Below, piece after piece: positions 18,729 through 29,052 of a stretch of DNA of 64,000 nucleotides. This DNA comes from Candidatus Methanophagaceae archaeon. GTDB lineage: Archaea > Halobacteriota > Syntropharchaeia > Alkanophagales > Methanospirareceae. The stretch covers positions 3,981 through 67,980 of the forward strand of contig PQXC01000006.1 of NCBI GenBank assembly GCA_003194435.1, given 5' to 3'. Within the stretch, counting starts at the first letter, position 1; each line of letters opens with the position of its first letter. Position numbers and translations under genes: made by a program. The notes under the pieces are model-generated. The model did no database searches, was not told where the DNA came from, and saw nothing but the letters and a program-made list of their open reading frames with translations.

Positions 18729-19931
18729 TTGGCACAGAATAAGGATTATTACGAGATCCTGGGTGTTGATAGAGGAGCATCAGAAGAGGAGATAAAACGC
18801 GCTTATCGCAGATTGGCGAAGAAATATCATCCTGACCTGAATAAGGATAATCCGAAAGAGGCGGAAGAGAAGTTTAAGGAGATCTCTGAGGCTTATGAGG
18901 TCCTGTCAGACCCTCAGAAGCGGGCAAATTATGACAGATTTGGGCATGCCGGCGTTGACTTTGGTCCCGGTGGATTCGATTGGTCGAAGTTCACAAGGTT
19001 CAGTGATATAGAGGATATATTCAGGGATATATTCGGCACTGACTTTGGCTTTGGAGGCGCGGGTAGAGGGGGGACCAGTAGCATATTTGAGGACCTCTTT
19101 GGTGCCGGTAGACACCGGGGTGCTGAGTACCAGTACCCGGAGAGGGGCAGGGATATCAGGTATGACATGGAGATAGAGTTAGAGGATGCAGCGAGGGGTA
19201 TAGAGAAGGAGATAGAGGTGAGCAAAGAAGAGACCTGTCCGGATTGTAAGGGCACCGGAGCGTCAAGTGGTGGCTTACAGACCTGCCCTGCATGCGGTGG
19301 AACGGGGCAGATAAAGCGGGTCCAGAGGCAGGGTTTTGCTCAGTTCGTCTCCATTACCACCTGTCCGCGATGTGGGGGCAGGGGTAAAGTGATAGAAAAG
19401 CCTTGCAATACCTGCGGTGGAAGTGGTAAAATAACCGTGAACAAGCGTTTATCAGTGCGAATACCGCCTGGAGTGGATACCGGTAGTAGATTACGGATAC
19501 CGGGAGAGGGAGAGGCGGGTGAAAGAGGCGGTCCGCCTGGTGATTTATACATAGTGATACATATAAGAGAGCATGAAATCTTCAGGAGGGAAGGGAAAGA
19601 CCTCTATTGTGACGTCCCTGTAAGATTCGCTCAGGCGGCTCTCGGTGATGAAATACGGGTGAAGAACATATATGGTGATGAAGTGAGGTTGAAAATTCCT
19701 CCCGGTACACAATCGGGTACCATCTTCCGATTAAGAAATCAGGGCATGCCGGATTTAAAGGGACATGGACGGGGTAACATGATGGTCAGGGTAAAGGTAG
19801 TAACGCCGAAGAAATTGAGTAAAAGGCAGAAGGAACTGCTAAAGGAGTTTGATAAGGAGGAAGAGAAGCAGAGTAAGAGTAAAAGGGATACTTATTCTGC
19901 TTTCTGGAAGAGAAGAGGAAAGATTAATTAA
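18729..19931 (+). CDS. dnaJ: Chaperone DnaJ
   Basis: J domain with HPD, G/F region, four CxxCxGxG repeats. Confidence 0.96.
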   Translation: MAQNKDYYEILGVDRGASEEEIKRAYRRLAKKYHPDLNKDNPKEAEEKFKEISEAYEVLSDPQKRANYDRFGHAGVDFGPGGFDWSKFTRFSDIEDIFRDIFGTDFGFGGAGRGGTSSIFEDLFGAGRHRGAEYQYPERGRDIRYDMEIELEDAARGIEKEIEVSKEETCPDCKGTGASSGGLQTCPACGGTGQIKRVQRQGFAQFVSITTCPRCGGRGKVIEKPCNTCGGSGKITVNKRLSVRIPPGVDTGSRLRIPGEGEAGERGGPPGDLYIVIHIREHEIFRREGKDLYCDVPVRFAQAALGDEIRVKNIYGDEVRLKIPPGTQSGTIFRLRNQGMPDLKGHGRGNMMVRVKVVTPKKLSKRQKELLKEFDKEEEKQSKSKRDTYSAFWKRRGKIN

Positions 19932-19990
19932 CTTTATATAGGTGAAAAGAAAGATTAAAGTAGAAATAGAAAAGATGCGAGGGGGAAGTC

Positions 19991-21769
19991 ATGGAAGGAC
20001 TGCTAAGGACACCGATTCTCTCTGTACTGGGACATATAGACCATGGGAAGACCACTTTACTCGATAGTATCAGAGGTACAGCAGTAGCAGCGAAGGAAGC
20101 GGGTGGCGTAACGCAGCATATAGGTGCTACGGAGATACCGATTCGGGTGATAAAGGAGATTTGTGAACCCTTAAAGAGCGATTGGACTGGAATTGAAATT
20201 CCAGGATTATTATTTATTGATACTCCAGGGCATTACGCTTTCGCATCACTGAGGAAGCGGGGAAGCGCTCTGGCAGATGTCGCGGTACTTGTGGTGGATG
20301 TGATGGAGGGTTTTCAACCCCAGACTTACGAATCGTTGAGCATTCTGAGATTATTGAAGACCCCTTTTGTTGTGGCATTGAATAAGATAGATAGAATAAA
20401 GGGCTGGCAGTCATCGAGGAAGCCATTTGTTATAAATTACCGGTCACAACCGGAGTTTGCGAGCAGGGAGCTGAATACAAGGATATACGAGATAGTGGGC
20501 GACTTATATGACAAGGGCTTCTCCGCTGACCGATATGACCGGATCAGTGACTTCTCAAGGACTGTGAGTATCGTGCCGGTGAGTGCGAAGACAGGAGAGG
20601 GGATAGCGGATTTGCTTCTTGTTCTTATAGGTCTGGCGCAGAAGTACTTTGAGAGGAACCTGCGACTGCATCTGGAGGGTCCAGGTGTGGGTACGATACT
20701 GGAGAAGAAGGAGGAGCGAGGGCTTGGAACCACGATTGATGTTATATTGTACGATGGTAAGCTCAGCGTAGGAGACACGATAGTGGTGGGGAGCGTGAAA
20801 GAAGAGCCGATAGTGACGAAGATAAGGGCATTATTGAAGCCGAGAGCACTCCAGGAGATAAGAACGGAGCAGAGATTCAGGCGTGTAAAATCCGTGAGTG
20901 CCGCTGCAGGGGTGAAGATAATGGCGCCGAATATAGAAGATGCGCTCCCTGGCTCTCGTGTTCGTGCTGTCCCCGCTACGGGTAATGTAGACGCAGATAT
21001 AGAGCGTGTAATTAAAGAGATGAAGGATGAGATAGCGGAGATGAAGCTGGACACATCATCCGAGGGGCTGATTATAAAGGCAGACACGATGGGTTCTCTG
21101 GAAGCATTAGCTCTGGAATTGAGAAGCGAGAAGATAGAGCAGATAAAGAAGGCGGAAGTGGGGAATATCTCGAGGCGGGATGTAGTTGATGCCATCATGG
21201 TCAGTGACCGTTATTTGAGAGCTATTCTGGGCTTTAATGTTGATGTTCTACCCGATGCGAGAGAAGTAGCCATGCAAAATGACATCCCTATCTTCGTGAG
21301 CGATGTCATTTACAGGGTGATAGAGGATTATGAGAACTGGGTCAAGGAGGAGAAGGAACGAGAGAGACAGGAGAAGATAGACAGGCTGACAACACCAGCG
21401 AAGATAAAGGTACTACCGGGTTGTGTATTCAGGCAGAGCAAACCTGCTATATTTGGAATTGAAGTATTGTGTGGCAGGATAAAGACTGGTGTGGAATTAA
21501 TAAAGTCAGATGGCACAAATATCGGCAGTATAAATGAGATACAGAACAGAGGAGAGAGCATAGCCACGGCAGATGAAGGCATGCAGGTGGCTATCTCAAT
21601 GAAGAAGCCCATCTTCGGACGGCATATAAAAGAGAATGATATCTTATATGTAGATGTGGATGTAGGCGTAGCGGAAGGAGCTGAGAAGGAGCTGAGAGGT
21701 TTACTCTCACCGTGTGAGGAGGAGTTACTGAGGGAAGTGTATGAAATAAAATTGAGGAGGCGAAGATGA
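19991..21769 (+). CDS. infB: Translation initiation factor IF-2 (aIF5B)
   Basis: GHIDHGKTT, TQHIGA, DTPGH, NKID. Confidence 0.96.
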   Translation: MEGLLRTPILSVLGHIDHGKTTLLDSIRGTAVAAKEAGGVTQHIGATEIPIRVIKEICEPLKSDWTGIEIPGLLFIDTPGHYAFASLRKRGSALADVAVLVVDVMEGFQPQTYESLSILRLLKTPFVVALNKIDRIKGWQSSRKPFVINYRSQPEFASRELNTRIYEIVGDLYDKGFSADRYDRISDFSRTVSIVPVSAKTGEGIADLLLVLIGLAQKYFERNLRLHLEGPGVGTILEKKEERGLGTTIDVILYDGKLSVGDTIVVGSVKEEPIVTKIRALLKPRALQEIRTEQRFRRVKSVSAAAGVKIMAPNIEDALPGSRVRAVPATGNVDADIERVIKEMKDEIAEMKLDTSSEGLIIKADTMGSLEALALELRSEKIEQIKKAEVGNISRRDVVDAIMVSDRYLRAILGFNVDVLPDAREVAMQNDIPIFVSDVIYRVIEDYENWVKEEKERERQEKIDRLTTPAKIKVLPGCVFRQSKPAIFGIEVLCGRIKTGVELIKSDGTNIGSINEIQNRGESIATADEGMQVAISMKKPIFGRHIKENDILYVDVDVGVAEGAEKELRGLLSPCEEELLREVYEIKLRRRR

Positions 21770-21770
21770 G

Positions 21771-22166
21771 ATGCAGGTCGTGATTAGTGATCCAAAGACG
21801 GGTAAGGCATACAAGCTGGAAGGTAAGGATACGGAAGTGAGTGCCTTATTCGTGGGTAAGCGGATAGGGGATTTAGTGGATGGAGACATTCTGGGGCTAA
21901 GTGGCTATATGCTGGAAGTAAGGGGTGGCTCAGACCGTGATGGAGTGCCAATGCGGGCTGATGTACCAGGGGCAGGGAGGAGGAGAATCCTGATCGCTTC
22001 ACCGCCCGGTTACAGACCCCGGGAAAAGGGCAAGAGGAGGAGGAAGTATGTCCGTGGTAATGAAATTTCAACTGATATATCGCAGATAAACGTGAAGATA
22101 AGAATGTATGGTCACCAGCCGATAGAGAAGATATTTGGTGAGGTGAAAGAGGGAGGGGAGGCGTAG
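21771..22166 (+). CDS. rps6e: 30S ribosomal protein S6e
   Basis: SDPKTGKAY, GGSDRDGVPMR, RKYVRGN. Confidence 0.95.
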   Translation: MQVVISDPKTGKAYKLEGKDTEVSALFVGKRIGDLVDGDILGLSGYMLEVRGGSDRDGVPMRADVPGAGRRRILIASPPGYRPREKGKRRRKYVRGNEISTDISQINVKIRMYGHQPIEKIFGEVKEGGEA

Positions 22167-22218
22167 GCGTGGTTGAGTTCTTTGTTCCCTGTTCCTTGAT
22201 TGAGAGCATGTTAATGTT

Positions 22219-22515
22219 ATGCGAAGAGCAACCTCTTTTCATCCAAATGCATATTTGAAACACAGGAGGAATGTCGTGAGTGGCTTAAAGGCGAGGACAA
22301 AGATAATCAAGATGATGGAGAATGTGGATACGGAAACGGGAGCTGGAAAGGAAACGACGGCAAGGATGATATCGCAGTTCCTTAGCTTGAGTTATCGGGC
22401 ATCTTTACACCATTTACACCTGCTGGAGGAGGAGAAGATAGTGAAACGAAGCGGTAAGAGACCCTATAAGTGGGCATTGACCGGTAAAGGGCAAAAGGGC
22501 GTCGTCGAAGAATGA
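22219..22515 (+). CDS. Small winged-helix (ArsR-like) protein
   Basis: HHLHLLEEEKIVKR...PYKWALTGKGQ. Confidence 0.6.
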   Translation: MRRATSFHPNAYLKHRRNVVSGLKARTKIIKMMENVDTETGAGKETTARMISQFLSLSYRASLHHLHLLEEEKIVKRSGKRPYKWALTGKGQKGVVEE

Positions 22516-22525
22516 TGAATGATGA

Positions 22526-23629
22526 ATGATGAATGAAGAATTGCTCATGATTCCAGGACCGGTGCCGGTACTACCTCGCATTCGTAATGCGATGTCAAAG
22601 CCGATGATATACCACCGGGGAGAGGAATTCAGGGCGATGTATGAGGAGATAGTAGCAACGCTGAAGTGGATATTTCAGACGAGGAACGACCTCTTCGTGC
22701 TCTCAGGCTCAGGCACATGTGCAATGGAAGCGGCGATAGGCAACCTCGTTCGTAAGGATACCCCGGTGGTGAGCATAGCCAATGGCAAATTTGGCGAGCG
22801 GTTAGTTGAGATAGGAAACAGGTATAGCGATAATGTCACCCCGGTTAACTTCGAATGGGGCAGTCCAATCGAACTGGAGGAAGTGAAGGCGGCTATGGAG
22901 GAGAAGCATCCTCAGGTTGTTACAATGGTGCATAACGAGACATCAACAGGTATACTCAATCCAGCAGAGGCTATTGCAAGACTCACACGTAAGTACAATG
23001 CACTGTTCGTGCTGGATTGCATCACCTCAATTGGGGGCTACGAAGTGCCGGTAGACGATTGGGGGGTGGACATTGCCATTGTCGGCTCACAGAAATGCCT
23101 CGGTGCACCACCCGGGCTGTCGGCAATCTCGGTAAGTGAGCGTGCATGGAAGATGATGCTGGGTGATAATGATAATAGTGAGAGTAGGGAGAGACCATAT
23201 TATATGGACCTCATCGCTTACAGAGATAGTTTTGAGAAGGGACAAACACCCTATACACCTGCTTTACCTCTGTTCTTTGCATTGCGAGAGGCACTGGAGG
23301 TGATAAAGGAGGAAGGGATGGCAAAGCGAGTAGAACGTCACAGGCGACTCGCAGATACTCTCCGCTCTGCTGTCACAAATCTGGGATTGAGTTTATTTCC
23401 GAGACTGAACGATGTGAGTGCATACTCCAACACGGTGACCGCAATAAAGGTACCTGAGTGGCTCGATGATGCGCACTTGAGGGGTGGTATGCGAGAGAGG
23501 GGGGTGATGGTCGCAGGTGGTCAGGGTAAGCTGAAGGGCAAGATATTTCGGATAGCCACAATGGGGAATATAACAGAGGGTGAAGTCTCGAGAACCATAC
23601 AGGCACTGGAAAGTGCACTCAGGGGGTGA
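22526..23629 (+). CDS. Class V PLP aminotransferase (serine/alanine-glyoxylate type)
   Basis: [39 protein letters not shown]. Confidence 0.9.
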   Translation: MMNEELLMIPGPVPVLPRIRNAMSKPMIYHRGEEFRAMYEEIVATLKWIFQTRNDLFVLSGSGTCAMEAAIGNLVRKDTPVVSIANGKFGERLVEIGNRYSDNVTPVNFEWGSPIELEEVKAAMEEKHPQVVTMVHNETSTGILNPAEAIARLTRKYNALFVLDCITSIGGYEVPVDDWGVDIAIVGSQKCLGAPPGLSAISVSERAWKMMLGDNDNSESRERPYYMDLIAYRDSFEKGQTPYTPALPLFFALREALEVIKEEGMAKRVERHRRLADTLRSAVTNLGLSLFPRLNDVSAYSNTVTAIKVPEWLDDAHLRGGMRERGVMVAGGQGKLKGKIFRIATMGNITEGEVSRTIQALESALRG

Positions 23630-23640
23630 AGGAGAGAGGA

Positions 23641-24099
23641 ATGAAGAAGGAGTTGAAGGTAGTTCCTATAAAAAATGGCACCGTTATTGACCACATCTCT
23701 GCCGGTCAGGCACTGAATGTGCTTCACATATTGGGTATCAATGGTAAGACTGATGCGGTTGTGAGTGTGGTGATGAACGTACGGAGTGGAAAGATGGGGA
23801 GGAAGGATATAGTGAAGGTAGAGGACAGGGAACTAAAGCCGGAGGAGGTGGATAAAATCGCTTTGATTGCGCCAAATGCCACTATAAATATAATACGCGA
23901 CTCGGAAGTGATAGAGAAGCATAAGGTATATTTACCTGAGTTTATAGAGGGTATAATAAGATGTTCGAATCCCAATTGCATATCTAATGCGGAGCGTGAG
24001 CCGGTTGTACCGAGATTTGTGACTTTAAGCACGAATCCTCCGAGGTTCCGGTGTTTCTACTGTGAGCGGATAATGGAGGATGTATCAGGGTATATATAG
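23641..24099 (+). CDS. pyrI: Aspartate carbamoyltransferase regulatory subunit
   Basis: [27 protein letters not shown]. Confidence 0.95.
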   Translation: MKKELKVVPIKNGTVIDHISAGQALNVLHILGINGKTDAVVSVVMNVRSGKMGRKDIVKVEDRELKPEEVDKIALIAPNATINIIRDSEVIEKHKVYLPEFIEGIIRCSNPNCISNAEREPVVPRFVTLSTNPPRFRCFYCERIMEDVSGYI

Positions 24100-24117
24100 T
24101 ATATAAAAGAGGATATA

Positions 24118-24687
24118 ATGAGTAGGAATGCGCGAGTGAAGCGGGAGACGAAGGAGACGAGTGTGGAGGTGGAACTTGAACTTGATGGTAACGGTGCCAC
24201 CAGGATAGACACCGGAATTAAATTCTTTGACCATATCCTCACTGCTTTCGCCACTCACGGGTTCTTTGACCTCGTTGTGGATGCGGAAGGTGACCTGAGC
24301 CATCATATCATTGAGGACACTGCTATCACGCTCGGTAAAGCGTTCAAAGATGCAATTGCAGCCGATAGGACGAAGACCGTGCGGTATGGTCTCGCTGCGG
24401 TGCCCATGGATGAATCCATTGCGAGATGTGCAGTAGATATAGGCAGTATAGGTGGAGAGGGTAGAAGTTATACGGTCCTGGAACTGGGCTTGGCAAGGGA
24501 GCGGGTTGAGGACGTCAGCACCGAGGACATACCCCATTTCCTAAATTCTTTCGCATCTCATGCAAATCTCACACTCCACATATATGCACGGGGCGGTAAC
24601 GAGCACCACAAGATAGAAGCGATATTTAAGGCGCTTGGAATTGCACTGGATAAGGCAACGAGGGTAGAAGAGAGGAGGGTAAAGTAA
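24118..24687 (+). CDS. hisB: Imidazoleglycerol-phosphate dehydratase
   Basis: RETKET, FFDHIL, HHIIED, PMDE, NEHHKIEAIFKA. Confidence 0.95.
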   Translation: MSRNARVKRETKETSVEVELELDGNGATRIDTGIKFFDHILTAFATHGFFDLVVDAEGDLSHHIIEDTAITLGKAFKDAIAADRTKTVRYGLAAVPMDESIARCAVDIGSIGGEGRSYTVLELGLARERVEDVSTEDIPHFLNSFASHANLTLHIYARGGNEHHKIEAIFKALGIALDKATRVEERRVK

Positions 24688-24794
24688 TACAGTAACGCGA
24701 ACACGTATACTATACCCATTTCTTGAATAAAACCAATTTACGGGGTAGTAAACATAGAGCTCAAGGGGCGATCCGCTAATCTTGATGACCCAAA

Positions 24795-24838
24795 CCCTTA
24801 CGGGCTTCGCATACCCGCAAAGCGTTATACGCCATGCC
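24795..24838 (+). repeat. attC-like right half and start of the PIN cassette
   Basis: cccttacggg-cttcgcatacccgcaaagc-GTTATACgccatgcc; the same cassette start (GCTATACgccatgcc) is on the minus strand at 7200-7214. Confidence 0.7.
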
Positions 24839-24848
24839 TAAGAGGTAG

Positions 24849-25278
24849 ATGAAGATGAGAAGAAAGATAAGAGTATACTTGGTCACTTCGGTAATTTCAG
24901 CGCTATTTGATGAAAGGAATCCAGAGAGGAAATCACTCACAGAAGCTTTTTTCGCGGAAATAGATAATTTTGAGACTTTCATCCCGCACTCCCGACATGG
25001 AACTCCAAAGCAAATTGAAGGATGCAGTATCGCGATTTTCAGTGCTCTCTTTAACCGATGACGTTGAATGGGTAGCGCGCGAGTATATCCCAGTTCCAGA
25101 GAGTTACTCTGAGGATGCCTACCATATTGCCATCGCTGTTATAAACGAGGTAGACTATCTTTTGAGTTGGAACTTCAAGCACATAGTGAGGAGGAAAACG
25201 AGAGACATAGTGAGGATGGTAAATACTTTAAATAACCTGAGACAAATAGAAATTATGGCACCTGCAGAATTGCTATAG
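24849..25278 (+). pseudogene. PIN-domain toxin, frameshifted
   Basis: VYLVTSVISALFD (canonical DTS changed to VTS) in one frame; EDAYHIAIA...YLLSWNFKHIV in another. Confidence 0.8.
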
Positions 25279-25287
25279 GAGGCAGAT

Positions 25288-25614
25288 ATGAGCAAGATTA
25301 AGGAAGAAGATATTGAGAACATAAGAAAAGCCATAGAAAAGGAGTTTCCAGAAGACCCTGCTTTACAACAGGTTCACATCGCGAGGAAAATCATTGCTAA
25401 AGAAGCGCAACTTGAAGGATTAAGTTTCTTTGAATACGTCAAATTGTTGGGGAAGCGAGTAGTTAACAATGAAGGCACGGCGTATAACAGAGCGTATCTG
25501 GCTTCGGTTATAGCCTTCGCCAAAATTCCCACGCGGGGAACTTCAGATACGCTCGGAACGTTATCTGCAATTGCTTGGCTTATAGTGAGGTGTGAAAATG
25601 GGACGTCTTATTAA
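25288..25614 (+). CDS. Small protein downstream of PIN (putative partner); ORF reads through the attC-like site
   Basis: GGAGG RBS; EFPEDPALQQVHIARKII; codons after about residue 62 are attC sequence. Confidence 0.55.
   Translation: MSKIKEEDIENIRKAIEKEFPEDPALQQVHIARKIIAKEAQLEGLSFFEYVKLLGKRVVNNEGTAYNRAYLASVIAFAKIPTRGTSDTLGTLSAIAWLIVRCENGTSY
25482..25566 (+). repeat. attC-like site (complete, 85 bp)
   Basis: GTATAAC-agagcgtatctg...ttcccacgcggggaa-cttcagatacgctcggaac-GTTATCT. Confidence 0.85.
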
Positions 25615-26950
25615 AATACACGATATAGACGAGTTTTCAGAAGTCAAAACTATCCCAGATGCAACTATAAATAACGAAATACTGACTAACATCAGAAATT
25701 TAGATGAAAAAAAGGAACTGGAGCGTTTTCTTCGAGAAATTTTATATGATCCAAATGAAACTCCTCATGGTCCTACGGAAATAGCAGATATATTGACAAA
25801 TGTACATGTTAGAGGAGATAAGCGATTAACTGCTTTTGTTTTGAAAGGAAAAAGCTTCCAAAGAGTTTCAAGTAGACATGTAACTCATCAATTCGCTAAA
25901 CTCCGGCAAATCTCAGAACTCGGTTTGATGGTTTTTGGAGCAGTCGGGAATATCCAAGATGATGCTCAGAGAGATTTTGTGCAAATAGCTATTGATGCAG
26001 GATGTGACTATCTTATCATGGATGCTCAGGACTTGGCACGCTTGTTTATTGCCTATGAAAAAATCTGTCCAAAAGATGGGACACCTTATGATGATACAGG
26101 CACATGTAAAAAAGGGCATGTGCGAGATAAGGGTTTGCCTTTAGAAATGGAAGTAAGAGAAAAAATACGATACACCATTGTAAATCAAAAAGACGTAAGC
26201 CACGCTGGAGCCAAACGTTACTCTGCTACTATTCTTTTAGACAGGCATTATCCTAAGGATGTAATTAGAACAATTATTCAAGAAGCAACAGAGAAGCTGA
26301 AATATAGCAGTTATTACCGTAGTGAACGACTGAAAGCACGCTGGGGGAAAAATCCTGCTCATGTAGTGTGGCTATTCATAGCTTATGACTTAGAGGATAT
26401 TCAAAATGCAAATTGGGTCTGTCGTACTTGTTGGATAGATCCATCGTTAACAAAAGATATGCGTCCTGTTGATTTAAATGGTAATGAAAAACTCGGAGAT
26501 ATAGAAATCCTTTGGAACGATGACTATAAACCATATAAGAACTTCTTTGAAACTTTCTCTGGCACGAAGGAGGAATTTTTGGGAGCCATTCAGCCCATAT
26601 TGAATGAAATGATAGAGTTTGCTAAACGAGCAATTGAGTATTTTGAAGAATACCGCCGAGGGAACATTCCTGAAGAGGAGTTGATCTTGAGGATGCAAAA
26701 GATGGAACCAAGGGTCACGGAATTTTACTTGCAATCAGGAAATATCCCTATGCCTCCCGAAGACTGTAAGGACTATGACCAAGCTTGCCAGAATATTTTT
26801 GCTACTATCCACGATATGTTTCTCTATTTTTCTAAAAGAGGGTTAGAAACATGGCCTAAACGAAATAGAGATTGGTTAATGCAGGACACTATAAAGCGAT
26901 TTTATAATGATATGAATAGGATTAGATTTGAAGAGACTAAGATACATTGA
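25598..26950 (+). CDS. Hypothetical cassette protein with a possible PD-(D/E)xK nuclease-like N-terminal domain
   Basis: TEIADI...AFVLKGK...HQFAKL pattern; AT-rich; bounded by attC-like sites. Confidence 0.5.
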   Translation: MGRLIKIHDIDEFSEVKTIPDATINNEILTNIRNLDEKKELERFLREILYDPNETPHGPTEIADILTNVHVRGDKRLTAFVLKGKSFQRVSSRHVTHQFAKLRQISELGLMVFGAVGNIQDDAQRDFVQIAIDAGCDYLIMDAQDLARLFIAYEKICPKDGTPYDDTGTCKKGHVRDKGLPLEMEVREKIRYTIVNQKDVSHAGAKRYSATILLDRHYPKDVIRTIIQEATEKLKYSSYYRSERLKARWGKNPAHVVWLFIAYDLEDIQNANWVCRTCWIDPSLTKDMRPVDLNGNEKLGDIEILWNDDYKPYKNFFETFSGTKEEFLGAIQPILNEMIEFAKRAIEYFEEYRRGNIPEEELILRMQKMEPRVTEFYLQSGNIPMPPEDCKDYDQACQNIFATIHDMFLYFSKRGLETWPKRNRDWLMQDTIKRFYNDMNRIRFEETKIH

Positions 26951-26951
26951 T

Positions 26952-26978
26952 ACTTCAGATACGCTCGAAACGCTAAGT
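26952..26978 (+). repeat. attC-like right half
   Basis: acttcagatacgctcgaaac-GCTAAGT immediately after the stop codon; matches 25540-25566. Confidence 0.7.
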
Positions 26979-27735
26979 GGCAAAAAGAGTTTACAAGAGG
27001 GTTACAGGAGCTCCTAAAATCCTATGTAGATAGGGAAGCGACAAAAAATTATCAAAGGATTATCCCAGATACTGGAAAATTTTATGGAGTTCCACTTCCT
27101 GTTTTGAGAATAATATCTGCCGAAATAGGAAAGTTTATCCAGAAAGAACCAACAAAAGCTACGACATTGTTAGAAACTATCTGGGATGAAGGTTCCTTTG
27201 AATCAAGACAGATAGCAGGGAAATGCTTAGAGAAGTTTGGTCCAAAGAATCCAAAAATTTGTTTAGATTTTGTCTCTTCAGTATTACCTGATCTTGATAA
27301 TTGGGCTGTTTGTGATAATCTTGCCATGTGTGGAGTAGAACCAATAGTTTATTCCAATCCGGAACTCGTTTTACCTCTCTCTGAAAGATGGATTAAGAGC
27401 GAGAACAAATGGATCAGGCGGTTTGGAGTGGTAAGTTTACGAGGATACAAGAGAATCCAAATAACAGATAAAGCTTTCGAGATTCTTGATCTGGTCATGG
27501 AAGACAAAGACAAAGATATAAAAAAGGCGGTATCGTGGGTTTTGAGAGAAATAACAAAGAAGAATCCAGATGGGGTGGCAGAGTTTTTAACACGATGGGC
27601 AGAGGCAAAGCCAGATAAGAATGCGAGATGGATCATAAAGGATGGGATGAAAAAGCTGCCAAAAGAAATGCAGACTGAAATCTTAACTTGGGGTGCACCC
27701 CTAAAAGTAGACAGTAAGTTAAGAAATAAGAAAAA

Positions 27736-28071
27736 ATGAAAAAGGGGTGCAAGATGAAAAGAAGGAGGCAATATACACGGGATTTCAAAATTGGTGTAAT
27801 TAGAGAGGTCGAGAGTGGAAAAACGCTTGCCCAGGTGTCACGTGAGAACGAGATACATCCATCTCTCGTGGTGAAATGGAAGAAGGAATACTTTAGGGAC
27901 CCGGAAAATGCCTTTCGTGGCAACGGGAAGGCATATAAAGAGCAAGCAAGGATGGCAGAGCTTGAAAGGCTGGTTGGGCAGTTATACGCAGAAAACGAGT
28001 TTTTAAAAAAAGCATTGACCAGATTGGAAGTCAAAATCAAGGAAGAGGAGGTAAAAGAAGCACGGGGGTGA
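27736..28071 (+). CDS. IS3 transposase OrfA (HTH)
   Basis: RRQYTRDFK...QVSRENEIHPSLVVKWKK...ENEFLKKA; A7 slippery run at 28005-28011. Confidence 0.9.
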   Translation: MKKGCKMKRRRQYTRDFKIGVIREVESGKTLAQVSRENEIHPSLVVKWKKEYFRDPENAFRGNGKAYKEQARMAELERLVGQLYAENEFLKKALTRLEVKIKEEEVKEARG

Positions 28072-29003
28072 AATACATGCTCATAAAAGAGAGTCTCGAA
28101 TCTGGAAGCCAAATATCAGTAAATCGAGCCACGCAATTATTGGGCGTAAGCAGATGCGGGTTCTATAAGTGGCTCGGGCAATCGAAGACCGGACAGGTGA
28201 ACGCCATACCGGACATGGACGTTAGAAACGAAATACAGAAGATCGCCGTGGAGTTCCCCGCATACGGATACAGACGGATAACCGCCGAACTCCGGAATCG
28301 TGGTTATTCGGTGAACCATAAACGTGTACTCAGGCTCATGAGAGAAGACAATCTCCTTTGCGTTCGTAAGGATTTTAAGCCAAAAACCACCGATTCCAGG
28401 CACGATCTCAGGGTCTATCCCAATCTTGTGAAGGGGTTGAAGATAACCCGATTGAATCAGGTATGGGCTTCCGATATCACTTATATCCGTCTATCGGGCG
28501 AATTCGTCTACCTGGCGGTAATCCTGGACCTCTTCAGCAGGAAATGCATCGGATGGAATCTGGATAGAAGCCTTCACACAGAACTGGCGTTAAAAGCTCT
28601 GGCTATGGCAATAGAAACACGCTGGAATGAGAACCTGCGGGGACTGATTCACCACTCAGATCAGGGAGTTCAATATGCCTCGGAAGAATATATCGGATGT
28701 CTCAAAGCGCATGGAATCCTGATCAGCATGTCAGCGCGTGGCAACCCCTACGATAATGCATTCGTAGAGAGCTTCATCCGGACATTGAAGTATGAAGAGG
28801 TCTATCTCAATGAATATGAGACCTTCTCCGACGCCTTAGATAATATCGCTCATTTCATAGAGGACGTATACAACAAAAAGAGGCTGCATTCTGCCATAGG
28901 GTACCGCTCTCCCATAGACTTCGAGAAGGAAATGGAGATGGAGATGGAGATGGAAATGGAAAAGGGGGTGAAAGCATCGAAAGTTTTAAATACTGTTTCT
29001 TAA
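28068..29003 (+). CDS. IS3 transposase OrfB (DDE/rve)
   Basis: YGYRRI, WASDITY, HHSDQGVQY, DNAFVESFIRTLKYE, RLHSAIGY. Confidence 0.93.
   Translation: MKYMLIKESLESGSQISVNRATQLLGVSRCGFYKWLGQSKTGQVNAIPDMDVRNEIQKIAVEFPAYGYRRITAELRNRGYSVNHKRVLRLMREDNLLCVRKDFKPKTTDSRHDLRVYPNLVKGLKITRLNQVWASDITYIRLSGEFVYLAVILDLFSRKCIGWNLDRSLHTELALKALAMAIETRWNENLRGLIHHSDQGVQYASEEYIGCLKAHGILISMSARGNPYDNAFVESFIRTLKYEEVYLNEYETFSDALDNIAHFIEDVYNKKRLHSAIGYRSPIDFEKEMEMEMEMEMEKGVKASKVLNTVS
28929..28961 (+). repeat. Hexanucleotide tandem repeat (GARATG)n encoding EMEMEMEMEME
   Basis: gaaatggagatggagatggagatggaaatggaa. Confidence 0.8.
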
Positions 29004-29052
29004 CTAGTTGTATACTAACAGGGGTGCACCCCAACTCTTTTAGATTGAGAAT

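Larger units (their letters stand above)
27689..29033 (+). mobile_element. IS3-family insertion sequence, intact (1345 bp)
   Basis: TG...CA ends, imperfect 38 bp IRs (TGGGGTGCACCCCT...AGTTAAGAAA), 3 bp ACT target duplication at 27686-27688 and 29034-29036. Confidence 0.95.
26981..29048 (+). pseudogene. AlkD-like (HEAT-repeat) DNA alkylation repair gene, 5'-truncated and interrupted near its end by IS3
   Basis: Open frame from 26981 QKEFTRGL...FYGVPLPVLR, DNWAVCD, SENKWIRR, IKKAVSWVLRE; the native tail ...ILT-LLD* resumes after the IS. Confidence 0.8.
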
